DNA of 63,261 nucleotides, the filler included, from Octopus bimaculoides (Eukaryota): assembly GCF_001194135.2 (NCBI RefSeq). It is 4 parts of 4 records of this genome, joined end to end, with 100 filler letters (N's around TTAATTAATTAA, not from the genome) between each part and the next. Parts side by side here need not be neighbours in the genome. Positions count along the whole stretch, not along the records: positions 28,992 to 59,451 come from NC_068988.1; 3 more parts are not named here. One strand, written 5' to 3'. Under the pieces are notes generated by a model that worked only from the letters and a program-made list of their open reading frames with translations, made no database searches and was not told the DNA's origin. A program made the translations under genes and the position numbers. Below, one piece after another: positions 40,531-52,683 of the stretch; position 1 is the first letter of the stretch; each line of letters begins with the position of its first letter.

Positions 40531-41366
40531 TTGTACACTACTGACCCACCCATATTATCCAAAGATGTCCACTACATTACTGTAACATAATATCACTGTA
40601 CAGCATATATTTATCTGTCCGAGAGCTTCATAGCCAAATGTCCGTGACCGGACTGTACTGTACTGAAATATAACATCAGTGTACAGTAGTGTTGTAATAA
40701 AAAGACTTCATTAAATATGTATTCTATCAATAATTAGCTTTAATAATTAGCTCTAATAATTAGCTACTATCATTGATTGAGAAATCAATAGATTTATGAT
40801 GTTCACTATTTTACTCTTTTACTGAATAAAAAAAATAATAATAAATGAAATATGTGATAAAATAAAAGGGGATAGAGGGGGGAAAGAAAGAGAGAGGGTG
40901 ATTAGTGGTGGGAGAATGAGCTGATGTGGAGAGGAAGGAGAAACAATGATGGAAGTGTAAGACAAAGCAGAGAGATGGGGGAGAGAGAGACAGAGATGCT
41001 AAAGACAGAGGAGGGGAAGAAGAGGCTTAAATAAGGTGAGAGAGGGAGAGAAAAAAGGGGAGGGTTATTGAAGGTGAAAAACAATCCAATTGTTATATAT
41101 ATATGTGAGTATGTGTAAGTATATATATATGTGTGTGTAAGTATATATATATGTGTGTGTGTGTGTGTGTATGTATATGTAATGAAGCAAAGTTATAACA
41201 ATGTTAAATGAGAAATGAAAGAAGCATAAAAACAAGAGGAAAATTCAGACGAAGAAATTTTTCACATTTTGATCAGTAATAACAATCGTACATGTGTATG
41301 TGTGTGTGTGTATTTATATGTTATAAATGTATATATATATATATTCTTATATTTATATATGTATAT

Positions 41367-41411
<45 letters not shown>

Positions 41412-41414
<3 letters not shown>

Positions 41415-41601
41415 TGTTATGTCTGGAGAGAGTCATTTTCTTTTTGTGCCTTATAATTTAACACACTCACCGGTAAAATTTCCACTTATTGCTTATTTTT
41501 CTTTTAGGAAAATAAAAAAAGAAATAAGTGGAAATTTTACTGGTGAGTGTGTTAAATTATAAGGCACAAAAAGAAAATGACTCTCTCCAGACACAACAGA
41601 A
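41412..41601. mobile_element. Near-perfect hairpin (foldback) MITE, TA-flanked
   Basis: ~78-bp arms are reverse complements with 2 mismatches; the centre also partly self-pairs; TA on both sides. Confidence 0.85.
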
Positions 41602-41659
41602 TATGCTTCAACACATGAACTCACATAAAGGATCTTGCAAACCAAATCCCAAAACGAAA

Positions 41660-41828
41660 CATCATCATCATCATCATCATCGTTTAACGTCCGCTTTCCA
41701 TGCTAGCATGGGTTGGACGATTTGACTGAGGACTGGTGAAACCGGATGGCAACACTAGGCTCCAATCTAAATTTGGCAGAGTTTCTACAGCTGGATGCCC
41801 TTCCTAACGCCAACCACTCAGAGAGTGA
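41660..41828 (-). mobile_element. SINE family B, 3' fragment
   Basis: (CAT)n plus the conserved tail. Confidence 0.88.
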
Positions 41829-42271
41829 TGAAACATGTTATTGTAAATTAGACAAATTGAGAAAAGAGTGCTCAATGTATGTTGTAGAGAATGTCATTTT
41901 GATTGAAACTGTAACTGTGACATTGTGTTATGTCTGAGTTTCATGCCACTGTGATCTTCAGGCAAGAACAAGTTGGTGTTGCTGGTGTATCTTGATCTTT
42001 CCATGTTTATGGTTTTTTAGGGTATTTCGTGGTTGTTTATGCAATTTTTGTGAGGTGATGTGGTGTTTGTGTTTCATGCCATTGTCTAAGGAGGGCTTTA
42101 ATATTAATTTAAGACTGATTGGTGATGGAACTCTCTCTCTCTATATATACATATTTGTGTACATATACATGTGTGTATGTATATGTTTACATATTTATGT
42201 ATATATGTATACTTACTGAGACATTTACGCACGTCTGTGCATATGTAGGTATCTTTCTCTCTTTCTCTCTG

Positions 42272-42337
<66 letters not shown>

Positions 42338-42355
42338 TAGGTCGATGTATACACA

Positions 42356-42421
<66 letters not shown>

Positions 42422-42977
42422 CACACACATATATATATATATAGATAGATAGATAGATAGATGTACACACATGCATAATGCATATAGACATATATACATG
42501 ATGATATATGCATATATATGGGCATAAATGTGTATATTCATCGATAAACATGTACACACACATATATTCATATATATTAATGTATGTGTTCATACATGTG
42601 TGCATAAAGCATATGTGTCTATATATATGTATGTCTGTATATATGCATATACAGAGAGAGGGAGAGAAACGCATATTATACACACACACACGCACACTTG
42701 CAAACACATATAACGATATACACACGCATTCACACTTTAATGGCATGTACATATGTTTATCTGTACGTTGTCTTGAAATGTTTGTTACAGCTTTGTGTTT
42801 CATCTTCGCCGTACCTCACAATGCCATAGTCATGCACACCACGGAACAGATGAAAGTACGGCAAAGACTTCAATCTGTTCTAAAGACAGCAATATTGCCA
42901 TTAAATAGCCATAAACTGGTTATCAAGGATGCTGTATAATACAGCAGTGTTTACAGAGTGAAATCAGTAAAAGCAAT

Positions 42978-42990
42978 GTTGCTTAGCAAC
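42978..42990. promoter_or_regulatory. RFX X-box-like palindrome GTTGCTTAGCAAC
   Basis: Perfect GTTGCT-N-AGCAAC in apparently unique sequence. Confidence 0.35.
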
Positions 42991-43180
42991 GGACATATAA
43001 TATATCATATAGCGTTCTTGGCTCGGGATGTTATTTCATGTGTTATGGGGGAATAATAATGATGATGAAAACAAAAGAAAAAAATAAATGATAAAAGAGA
43101 ATGTAAAAGACAAAGCAGAAAGGACCGAATAGATAAGGGGTATTTGTAAATGTATCGCATGCATATATATACATATATAC

Positions 43181-43215
<35 letters not shown>

Positions 43216-44257
43216 TATAATACATAAATATATATACATACATTATATATATATATATACATANNNNNNNNNNNNNNNNNNNNNNNNNNNNNNNNNNNNN
43301 NNNNNNNNNNNNNNNNNNNNNNNNNNNNNNNNNNNNNNNNNNNNNNNNNNNNNNNNNNNNNNNNNNNNNNNNNNNNNNNNNNNNNNNNNNNNNNNNNNNN
43401 NNNNNNNNNNNNNNNNNNNNNNNNNNNNNNNNNNNNNNNNNNNNNNNNNNNNNNNNNNNNNNNNNNNNNNNNNNNNNNNNNNNNNNNNNNNNNNNNNNNN
43501 NNNNNNNNNNNNNNNNNNNNNNNNNNNNNNNNNNNNNNNNNNNNNNNNNNNNNNNNNNNNNNNNNNNNNNNNNNNNNNNNNNNNNNNNNNNNNNNNNNNN
43601 NNNNNNNNNNNNNNNNNNNNNNNNNNNNNNNNNNNNNNNNNNNNNNNNNNNNNNNNNNNNNNNNNNNNNNNNNNNNNNNNNNNNNNNNNNNNNNNNNNNN
43701 NNNNNNNNNNNNNNNNNNNNNNNNNNNNNNNNNNNNNNNNNNNNNNNNNNNNNNNNNNNNNNNNNNNNNNNNNNNNNNNNNNNNNNNNNNNNNNNNNNNN
43801 NNNNNNNNNNNNNNNNNNNNNNNNNNNNNNNNNNNNNNNNNNNNNNNNNNNNNNNNNNNNNNNNNNNNNNNNNNNNNNNNNNNNNNNNNNNNNNNNNNNN
43901 NNNNNNNNNNNNNNNNNNNNNNNNNNNNNNNNNNNNNNNNNNNNNNNNNNNNNNNNNNNNNNNNNNNNNNNNNNNNNNNNNNNNNNNNNNNNNNNNNNNN
44001 NNNNNNNNNNNNNNNNNNNNNNNNNNNNNNNNNNNNNNNNNNNNNNNNNNNNNNNNNNNNNNNNNNNNNNNNNNNNNNNTTTTTTTTTTCTATTTTGCAT
44101 TCTCTCTCCATTTATTTTCCTCTCAATCTTTTCTGTCAAAGAGTGCAGGCTTGAAATACCAAATACTTATCCATCCTTCCCAAACATCAAACTAAATCAC
44201 CTGTTTGTTGTTCCCTCACCTGTGTTCATTTATTGTTTTCTGTAAATTTAAACTATA

Positions 44258-44787
44258 TGTATATATGCATATGGAGCCATGGTCGATGACAGTATTGCAT
44301 GTTTCATGAGTCAGGCGATATGATATACTTGAGAAGACCTGTTGAGTCAAGTAAAACCAAAATCGTAGCTGTGGCCAGTGCCCCCTGACAAGCTCCCATG
44401 CTGGTGGCATGTAAAAAGCATCATCTGAATGTGGTTAATGCCCAGGACCACCTGACTGGCTTCTGTGCTGGTGGCATGTAAAAAGCACCATCTGAACGTG
44501 GTCAATGCCAGTTCCCCCTGTCTGGCTCCCGTGCCGGTGGCACGTTAAAAGCAATATCCAGACTTGGTCAATGCCAGGGATGTCTGACTGGATCCTGTGC
44601 CAGGGGCACGTAGAAAGCACCCACTACACTCTCGGAGTGGTTGGCATTAGGAAGGGCATCCAGTTGTAGAAACATTGCCAGATCAAATTGGAGCCTGGTG
44701 CAGCCGGTGACTTTCCAGACCTCAGTCAAACCATCCAACCCATGCCAGGTTGGAAAAACGGACGTTAAACAATGATGACGTTGATGA
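44258..44787 (+). mobile_element. SINE family B, long copy
   Basis: Internal gtggcatgtaaaaagc repeats; tail ...ggaagggcatccag...ggacgttaaacaatgatgac. Confidence 0.85.
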
Positions 44788-44893
44788 CATTTATACAGAC
44801 ACAGCCATGTCTATAAAGACTTTCACTAGTTGCAACCAATGAGCTATGGTTGCACTGGGGAACCTCCATTACAATACTCTCAGTCTGTGTGTA

Positions 44894-44940
<47 letters not shown>

Positions 44941-45829
44941 NNNNNNNNNNNNNNNNNNNNNNNNNNNNNNNNNNNNNNNNNNNNNNNNNNNNNNNNNNNN
45001 NNNNNNNNNNNNNNNNNNNNNNNNNNNNNNNNNNNNNNNNNNNNNNNNNNNNNNNNNNNNNNNNNNNNNNNNNNNNNNNNNNNNNNNNNNNNNNNNNNNN
45101 NNNNNNNNNNNNNNNNNNNNNNNNNNNNNNNNNNNNNNNNNNNNNNNNNNNNNNNNNNNNNNNNNNNNNNNNNNNNNNNNNNNNNNNNNNNNNNNNNNNN
45201 NNNNNNNNNNNNNNNNNNNNNNNNNNNNNNNNNNNNNNNNNNNNNNNNNNNNNNNNNNNNNNNNNNNNNNNNNNNNNNNNNNNNNNNNNNNNNNNNNNNN
45301 NNNNNNNNNNNNNNNNNNNNNNNNNNNNNNNNNNNNNNNNNNNNNNNNNNNNNNNNNNNNNNNNNNNNNNNNNNNNNNNNNNNNNNNNNNNNNNNNNNNN
45401 NNNNNNNNNNNNNNNNNNNNNNATTGCTACAGTTCTGTTAAGTTCCAAACTGGTATTTCTATGTTTACAAAATTTTCTATATTGCTGTTTCACTAATCAA
45501 TTCATTTGCAAGAAGGGAATTTATCGATTGGCAAGGAATGCATTGTTCTGGTAAACTTTATCAAAACCAGACTTGATATTGTTGCTGTTTACGTAACAAT
45601 AAGAAATAACTTTTGTCTTTTCTGTTTTGTATTTTGTATGTTTATTTTGTTGTTTTTTTTTTCTTGTGATTTAGACAACTGATGTTTAAGGAAGTGAGCG
45701 AGGTGCACTCATTGCAGTTATCATCCTGTTGTTGCTATTGTTTGCCTCTCATCTGCTCTGATTGTTCTGGTTTATGAGCAAGAGCAAGGGGTTCCAACCT
45801 TGCTCTCCCAGGCAGGATACAGCATTTAG

Positions 45830-46010
45830 GGAGACACGTATGGATGTGTGGTTAAGAAGTTTGCTTCAGGATCATGTAAATTTGGGTTCAGTTCCACATT
45901 GGTGGAATCTTGAGTATCTTTTACTATGGCTTCTGTAAATTCAGACCAGCAGCCAGCTAATGCCTTGGGAGTGAATTTAGTAGATGGAATATGCAGGAAG
46001 CCCTTTGTGT
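45830..46010 (+). mobile_element. SINE family A head, old
   Basis: ggatgtgtggttaagaagtttgc...gggttcagttccac. Confidence 0.65.
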
Positions 46011-46329
46011 GGGTGTGTGTGTCTACACAGGTCTTAGGGTTTGAAGATACGCCATAAACGTACCCTCTGTGGCAAGAAACTCAGGGTAGCCCTATAAACT
46101 GACCTTCACCAGTAATAATATAGACTACTCTATTTCTTAGAGTATGCTTCTTCTCCGGATTTATATTTTTCTTAAAAACCGATATATATACATACATACA
46201 CACATACATACATATATATATATATCATGATAGATCGCTGACCACTACACACATACATACATATATATATATATCATGATAGATCGCTGACCACTACACA
46301 CATTTTTTTTCTCTCCTTGTTTCTTTCCA

Positions 46330-46450
46330 TGTTCCTTTCTGTAGAAGAGCATAGGCTCGAAACATTAAAGACTTTCTCAATTTCCGAGTGTTATACTAAT
46401 ACATCTATTTATTTTCAACACCACCTGTCTTCGTTTGTTGTTTTTTTGAG
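46330..46450 (+). mobile_element. Short repeat with variant hammerhead-like motif
   Basis: CTTT-CTGTAGA-A-GAGC(atag)GCTC-GAAACATT-AAAG; related copy at 4241. Confidence 0.5.
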
Positions 46451-46509
46451 AATTCTCCCTATATATATGGTATATGGAAGATAGAAGAATTTTTATTAAT
46501 CACAATTAT

Positions 46510-46660
46510 TTCAACACATCTAGCTTCGATTCCTCACGGGTGGGATACTTAACTGGCTCAGTAGCATCAAATGGTACAGATCTGTTTCTTCAGGTGATAA
46601 ACAGATAAACTCGTTAAGATAACTGTTCTGCAATGTATCTTCTCGTTTTGTGTAAAGAAA
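46510..46660 (-). mobile_element. APE endonuclease relic
   Basis: Minus strand EPVKYPTREESKLDVL resembles the V..PTR....LD motif of LINE APE domains. Confidence 0.4.
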
Positions 46661-46932
46661 ACCAGCAAAATAAAGGATATATCTTCATTTATATAGAAGA
46701 TCAATAATAAAATAATAGTTGCAAAAAAGAAATGAACACACAATATAGTGAGAAAAGTATTAAAAATAAACATTAATAGATATGGATGTATAAGCACCCT
46801 CATGCATGCTGCATGGTGTCTATACACTCATTCATACAAGCATCCATGAAGATGTAAGCATATGCACTCATGTGATTTGGTGCTCACATGTTCACATAGT
46901 GAGTTAGATATATATTGGACAATTAAGAAAAA

Positions 46933-47272
46933 GGGTAGAGACCCCCTTTGGTTATGAATGACCATGGAATTGCATCTAGATAGTTCCCCTCCTAGGTACA
47001 AGTCCGGGCAAGGTTGTTTATGGAAGACCAGCAGTCGCCCATGCATACCAGTTTCCCTTTTCCATGCCACCAGTGTTATCCAAGGGAAAGGCAAAAGGGC
47101 CAATACAACTTGCCACCAGTGACATCGCAACTCATTTCTATGGCTGAGTGAACTGGAGCAATGCAGAATAACATGTCTTGCTCAAGAACACAACACACAG
47201 CCTGCCTAGTCTGGGAATCGAACTCACTACCTCATGATCTGACACTATAACCACTGAGCCATATGCCTTCAC
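46933..47272 (-). mobile_element. SINE with family E-type head/core and a different tail
   Basis: gtcttgctcaagaacacaac...gggaatcgaactc...ccactgagcc...ccttcac matches the family E head. Confidence 0.7.
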
Positions 47273-47907
47273 AATTAAGGTAGGCTCAACAAAAAAGTAC
47301 TCCTTCTAGTGAAAGATAAATTCTAGCAGCCCTCACAAGGAGATCTGCAGAACCAGTGCTTGGTGATGCTGCCTTACGGAAGACTGATTCAGCTATTCAC
47401 TTATTTATTTTTGTGCTCGTGACCAAAAATGCAAAGAGTATGTTACATAGCTTCCTAAGCTACATGGAAATTTTGTATATGTAATTTAGGAAATGTGTTA
47501 TTCTTAAACGTTATAAAACTGGAAGAAAATAATGCTTGTTAAGTTTAGTAAAAACATCTGTTCAGTAATGTGTTTTTTTAAAATCTTTTATTTATTTTAT
47601 TTCTTTGTTGTTGAGGGAAAAAATGGTTAAATGTTAATGTGTTGTGAGGAAAGAAAGAATTGTCATATTACAATTTCAAGAATGAGGGGTCTGTTGTCTC
47701 AAATGTCAGAATTCTCTTGTTCGCCCACAGCATGCTGGAGTTATCTGTCATTTGAATCATATGGAAGTTTTTTTTTACATGATAATAGACCTTTAACTTA
47801 GAATCTACATTCACTTCAAAGCTTATGAACTTTTCAAAACTTAATACTCCCAGAATACCAAAAATATCTCACAAGAAAAAAAAACAACATAAATGGAAAT
47901 AGAAACA

Positions 47908-48060
47908 TAGGCATGGATGTGTGGTTAATGAGCTCATTTTGTAACCATGTGGTTACAGGTTCAGCCCCACTGTACTGCACATTGGGCAAGTGTCTTCTAC
48001 TAAAACCTGGGCCCACCAATGCCTTGCTAGTGATTGATGGAAACTGTATGGAATCTGTCA
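47908..48060 (+). mobile_element. SINE family A head, old
   Basis: ggatgtgtggtt...ggttcagccccactg...ttgggcaagtgtcttctact. Confidence 0.7.
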
Positions 48061-49954
48061 TGTGTGTGTGTGTCTGTGTGTATGGATGTTAAATGATAAT
48101 GGTAATGTATGGTGTCAACTGAGGATCATTTGGCTACTATTTCTAATTGGTACTCTCTCATTCTTATCCTATTCGTTGACCATTGACTGTTAGTATCATA
48201 CCACTGTGACAATGACCATATCACTACAGCAATAACTACAGTATTAACATGCATCAACAGGCACCACCATGCTACTACAATCCCTACTACTCAGCTATTC
48301 TACTGACTATTGTCTTGCAGAACTGTTCAAAATGTCAAGAGTATTTGTCAAGTCCAGTCATTCATCTTTGATGATGTAGCATTACTGTGTTGAACAAAAC
48401 TAAATGAGGATTTAACAAACAAGAAATGATACTGTTACATATGAAACGGTTCCAGAATAACTTATCAGCATTATCCTCATCATCAAGATGCAATAGTTGT
48501 TGTTGTTGATGTTATTTAGCTCCATGTTAGTCCAGATTGACTGGATTAAACATGTACCAGTCACAAACATCACAGTCATTTATTTTACACCTGTTGATCC
48601 ATGCTGGTAGGGGTCAGACAGGCCCTTTTAAAGCACCGTTTTATTGCCAGATGTCCTTCTTTATATCAGTTATTTTAGTTGCCTTTCATTACACATAAGA
48701 AAATGGTGAACCTTTTCTAAAACTCAGTGTTCCAAACATAATTTATCTAAGACTACCTACCTAATATGTCCCTCAGTTTTTAAAGCAGTAGGGTGTGCTT
48801 TTAAATGAGATTTGTTTGGTATTTCTAGCAAGACAAGTTACCCAAAGTATTATTGCATAGTGGGACTGAATCCAAGAGCACATGGTCAGGAAGCAGGCCA
48901 TGTTTGTGCCTGTATCTATAATTCAATAGACCTTTGATTTCCAGCCTACCTAATGACCTTCCATATCATTTCTGTCCAGCTAATTCTCTCCACAGTACTT
49001 GGGCTGACCCATGGCAATAGGTGAAAGATATTTACTCACAGTGCCTGGCAGCAGGAATGAACCTGCAACCTCGTGTTTGTGGAGCAAACTTCTTAACCTC
49101 CTAGCTAAATGAACCTAGCTATGTGAAATTTTCCTGGCAAAAATTGGCTTTGTGCCTACTCAGTGAAAAGAAATTAATATTCCTCACCATTTTCTTTTGT
49201 TCCTCTGGAGTTGAGATGGCTGCGCTATCTATAGTGAATACTGTATGTTCTCTGGGGACATAGCAATGCAGGATGAAAAAGAAGGCAACATTTTTTTAGC
49301 ACATTATTCCGAGAAAAGCTGTCAAAACTGGACAAATCAGGAATTTGAAAATCTGATTTCCAATAACATGAGCTGTTTAATTTTATTGAATTCTTGCTTG
49401 ATATATTTATGATATCAGCTTCCTCAGAATCATATTCTTCAATATTTAATGTTCACTTGATGACAATAGCTATCAATGTACTAATTTGCGTTATGTGTTA
49501 TTATTTGAAGAATATATTTTCACCATTTCAATGCGTTATTATATTATAAAACTATTTTACACCTCCCACATGCAAAAACCCACCTAAAACCCTTGTAAAG
49601 CAAACTGGAAACAGTACAGAATGAACAGCAAGAGGTCCAATCCACTGATGTGTAATTAGTTGTTGTGTAGCTGTAATCTTTTGCTGATAATCTGGTCACT
49701 GTTAGATGGGATGTTAGTTAACTTTTTACACAAAACATATCCCCGTGGACTTGGGCATAATAACTGTAGGGTTTGAAGGTGCCTTACTATTGAACCATGC
49801 TGTTAGAAGATCAAGTTTTATTTCAGTTGTTATGGTGTTTCACTGAAAGCAAAAAAAAAAAAAACAAAAGAAAAAAATGTATTTAATCCTGCTTGTTTAT
49901 TAAAGAAAGATACATACACACATGGTGGATGTCAACTCACAGATAAGTATGTCC

Positions 49955-50108
49955 AGTGGCTGTGTGGTCAGTAGCTTGCTTACCAACCACATGGTTCTGG
50001 GTTCAGTTCCACTGCGTGACACCTTGGGCAAGTGTCTTCTACTATAGCCTCGGGTCGACCAAAGCCTTGTGAGTGGATTTGGTAGATGGAAACTGAAAGA
50101 AGCCCATC

Positions 50109-50160
<52 letters not shown>

Positions 50161-50370
50161 GTTTGTGTGTCTGTGTTTGTCCCCCCAACATCTCTTGACA
50201 ACTGATGCTGGCGTGTTTATGTCCCCATCACTTAGCAGTTTGGCAAAAGAGACCGATAGAATAAGTACTAGGCTTCCAAAGAATAAGTCCTGGGGTCGAT
50301 TTGCTCGACTAAAGGCTGTGCTCCAGCATGGCCGCAGTCGAATGACTGAAACAAGAGTAAAAGAGTAAGA
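49955..50370 (+). mobile_element. SINE family A, full length
   Basis: A-box-like TGGCTGTGTGG, B-box-like GGTTCAGTTCC, CCTTGGGCAAGTG core, internal (TA)n, tail gactgaaacaagagtaaaagagt. Confidence 0.95.
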
Positions 50371-52008
50371 AATTAATGACATTGACTGTCAGCTATGCTT
50401 GTGCTGCACAGTAGCACCATGACTCTCACCTAAGAGCCAAGCAAGTACAGAAACCAGCAAGAACTAGATTTTCGGCTTTGCAATGAACTGCATGTTATTT
50501 TAGGACTTCCTTCTCTTAGAGAGATGTCTAAACAAAGACTAGGGGGTTTCTCACTCCCAACTGTTGGATCGCTGTTGACTCTCCTGACTTCATCCATCTT
50601 TTGACTGGTTTTGTTTGCCATCCTGTTGGTTGTCCAATGAAAACCACCCTACCGACCTAACAAGCTTGATATGGTTACTGCTTTAGTTGGTGAGAGCCTA
50701 ACCTAGCACAACCAGGTTGTGCTAGGTTACAGGTTACCAGTTGCACTAAAAGTGACCTGGAATACATACAACTAGCATATGTGATGGCAATCTATCTGTG
50801 TGTGGAAATGCAGAAATACTCTTGGTTGGTATTTCAGGGTGTGCAGTAAAACCACTGGGTGTGAGGGACCTCTAGATGTTGTCAGAGCATCCTTCTAAGA
50901 CATGAACACACTGATGTAAAACCTGGGGTTTCACATGATTACTGGTCATCTCACTTCAGCTTGTCACTGGGTACTAATAACAGAAACTCAGAAAGCGGTA
51001 CTCCTGTTGTACAAGCATTTATCACTATAATCCAGTGACATGCGGACATGTTTTTATGGTAACCTCATTTGTCATTCCATCTACCGAATGTCCTGTGGGC
51101 ACGTGCAGACCTAACATGTTGGAAAACACACTGTAAGTTACAATTTTCATCTGTCACCTTTGCTTCAACCCATGCGGATCTGCAATAGGATTGAACAGTT
51201 GTCTGAGAGGTCAATTGCTATTGACAACAAGGAAGCGCCAGGAGACAGCTATTATCTGTGAAGATAGAGCAATCACCATATTCGCGTATGTACATGTGTG
51301 TGTGTGTCCCCGTCCATCCAACATTCTATCTATCTTAGGTTGATTATTCCAGCATAGAAAATGTGGTAAAGGTTGGGGGAAGGGGAGAAAGCCATGTGTT
51401 AAATAGAACTGGAACCAAGATAATTTAATTTCTGACAGTATGTAAACAACTGTAAGCACGAAAAGGTTACTAGAATTTTAACTTCTCAAATGCCAGCAAA
51501 CTTAGATTCTCTTATATACATCATGTCATCAGAATTTTTTGTGGAGGTTATGAACTTGACCTTAAAGATTCACAGATCGTAAAAGACTGTAGCAGAAATG
51601 CGTGAGTGCCTGTTCAGTTGCCTTGTGCTAACTATCTTTACTGGATTCTTAGGTTTTGGTTTCAAAATCTTGAAGGGTAAGGGGTTAAATTTTGCTTTTC
51701 ATTCTTACAATGAAAGTTGGGAATTGGGGAAAAAAATAGATACCTGTAATATACTAGTATAGATTCAAATTGATTTTTATGGAACCTGTAATTGTGATGT
51801 TCCTCATCTTGTAACAAATTATAGAAGTCATTATTACCTCTGCCTTAGCAAAGACGGAGGTATTGTTTTCAGTTGTGTTTGCTTATTTGTTTGTCCATGG
51901 ACAAGTTATCTCAAAAACTGCTGGATGGGTTTGAATGAAACTTTGAAGGATGCCTGACCTCGTGACTGGTGCCAACTGTTTAGATTTTAGGGTCAATCAG
52001 CGTTGATG

Positions 52009-52333
52009 AATTAAGAACCAGTTGTGTACAGTGGTCGATCTAATCGACTGGCCCCCTCCCTTCAAAATTCGGGCCTTGTGCCTAGAGTAGAAAAGAATAT
52101 ATTTTCATTAATAAGGTGGTAAGCTGACAGAAACATTATTACGCCATGCAAAATGCTTTGTGGTATTTAATGTCTTTACTTCTGAGTTCAAATTCTGCCA
52201 AGGTCGACCTTGCCTTTCATCCTTTCGGGGTTGATGAATTAAGTACCAGTTGCATACTGAGGTCGATCTAATTGACTAGCCCCCTCACCCACCAAAAATT
52301 TTGGGCCTTGTGCCTAGAGTAGAAAAGATTATT
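52009..52333 (+). mobile_element. SINE family C tail fragment followed by a full copy
   Basis: 52009-52103 duplicates 52234-52333. Confidence 0.85.
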
Positions 52334-52340
52334 AGTGTAT

Positions 52341-52683
52341 TCTTTTATTCTTTTACTTGTTTCAATCATTTGACTGCGGCCATGCTGGAGCACCACATTT
52401 AGTCGAACAAATTGACCCCAGGATTTATTCTTTGTAAGCCTAGTACTTATTCTATCGGTCTCTTTTGCTGAACCGCTAAGTTACGGGGACATAAACACAC
52501 CAACATTGGTTGTCAAGTGATGGTACACAGACACACAAATACATACAGTTTCCCTCTACAAGTCTTTGGTCGGCCCGAGGCTATAGCAGAAGACACTTAC
52601 CCAAGGTGCCACACAATGGGACTGAACCTGGAACTATGTGGTTGGGAAGCAAGCTTCTTACCACACGGCCACTCCTGTGCCTA
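52341..52683 (-). mobile_element. SINE family A with internal deletion
   Basis: Tail and head both match other copies. Confidence 0.9.

Noticed and set aside
46535-46627. Minus-strand exon-like segment NSYLNEFICLSPEE...|GTGAGG
   Set aside because: An overlapping frame gives the LINE endonuclease motif VKYPTR..KLDVL, so a TE relic is more likely.
49955-50030. tRNA-like sequences at SINE heads (also ~14000, ~20480, ~59780)
   Set aside because: A/B-box-like motifs are present, but there is no closable cloverleaf and they are attached to SINE bodies. Not tRNA genes.
50380-51130. Sequence that looks like an old retroelement 5' region
   Set aside because: No protein motif or second copy in the window to support a call.
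51150-51280. Strong-looking acceptor (minus) and a short ORF (plus)
   Set aside because: All three minus frames hit stops; the plus ORF is short and unrecognisable.
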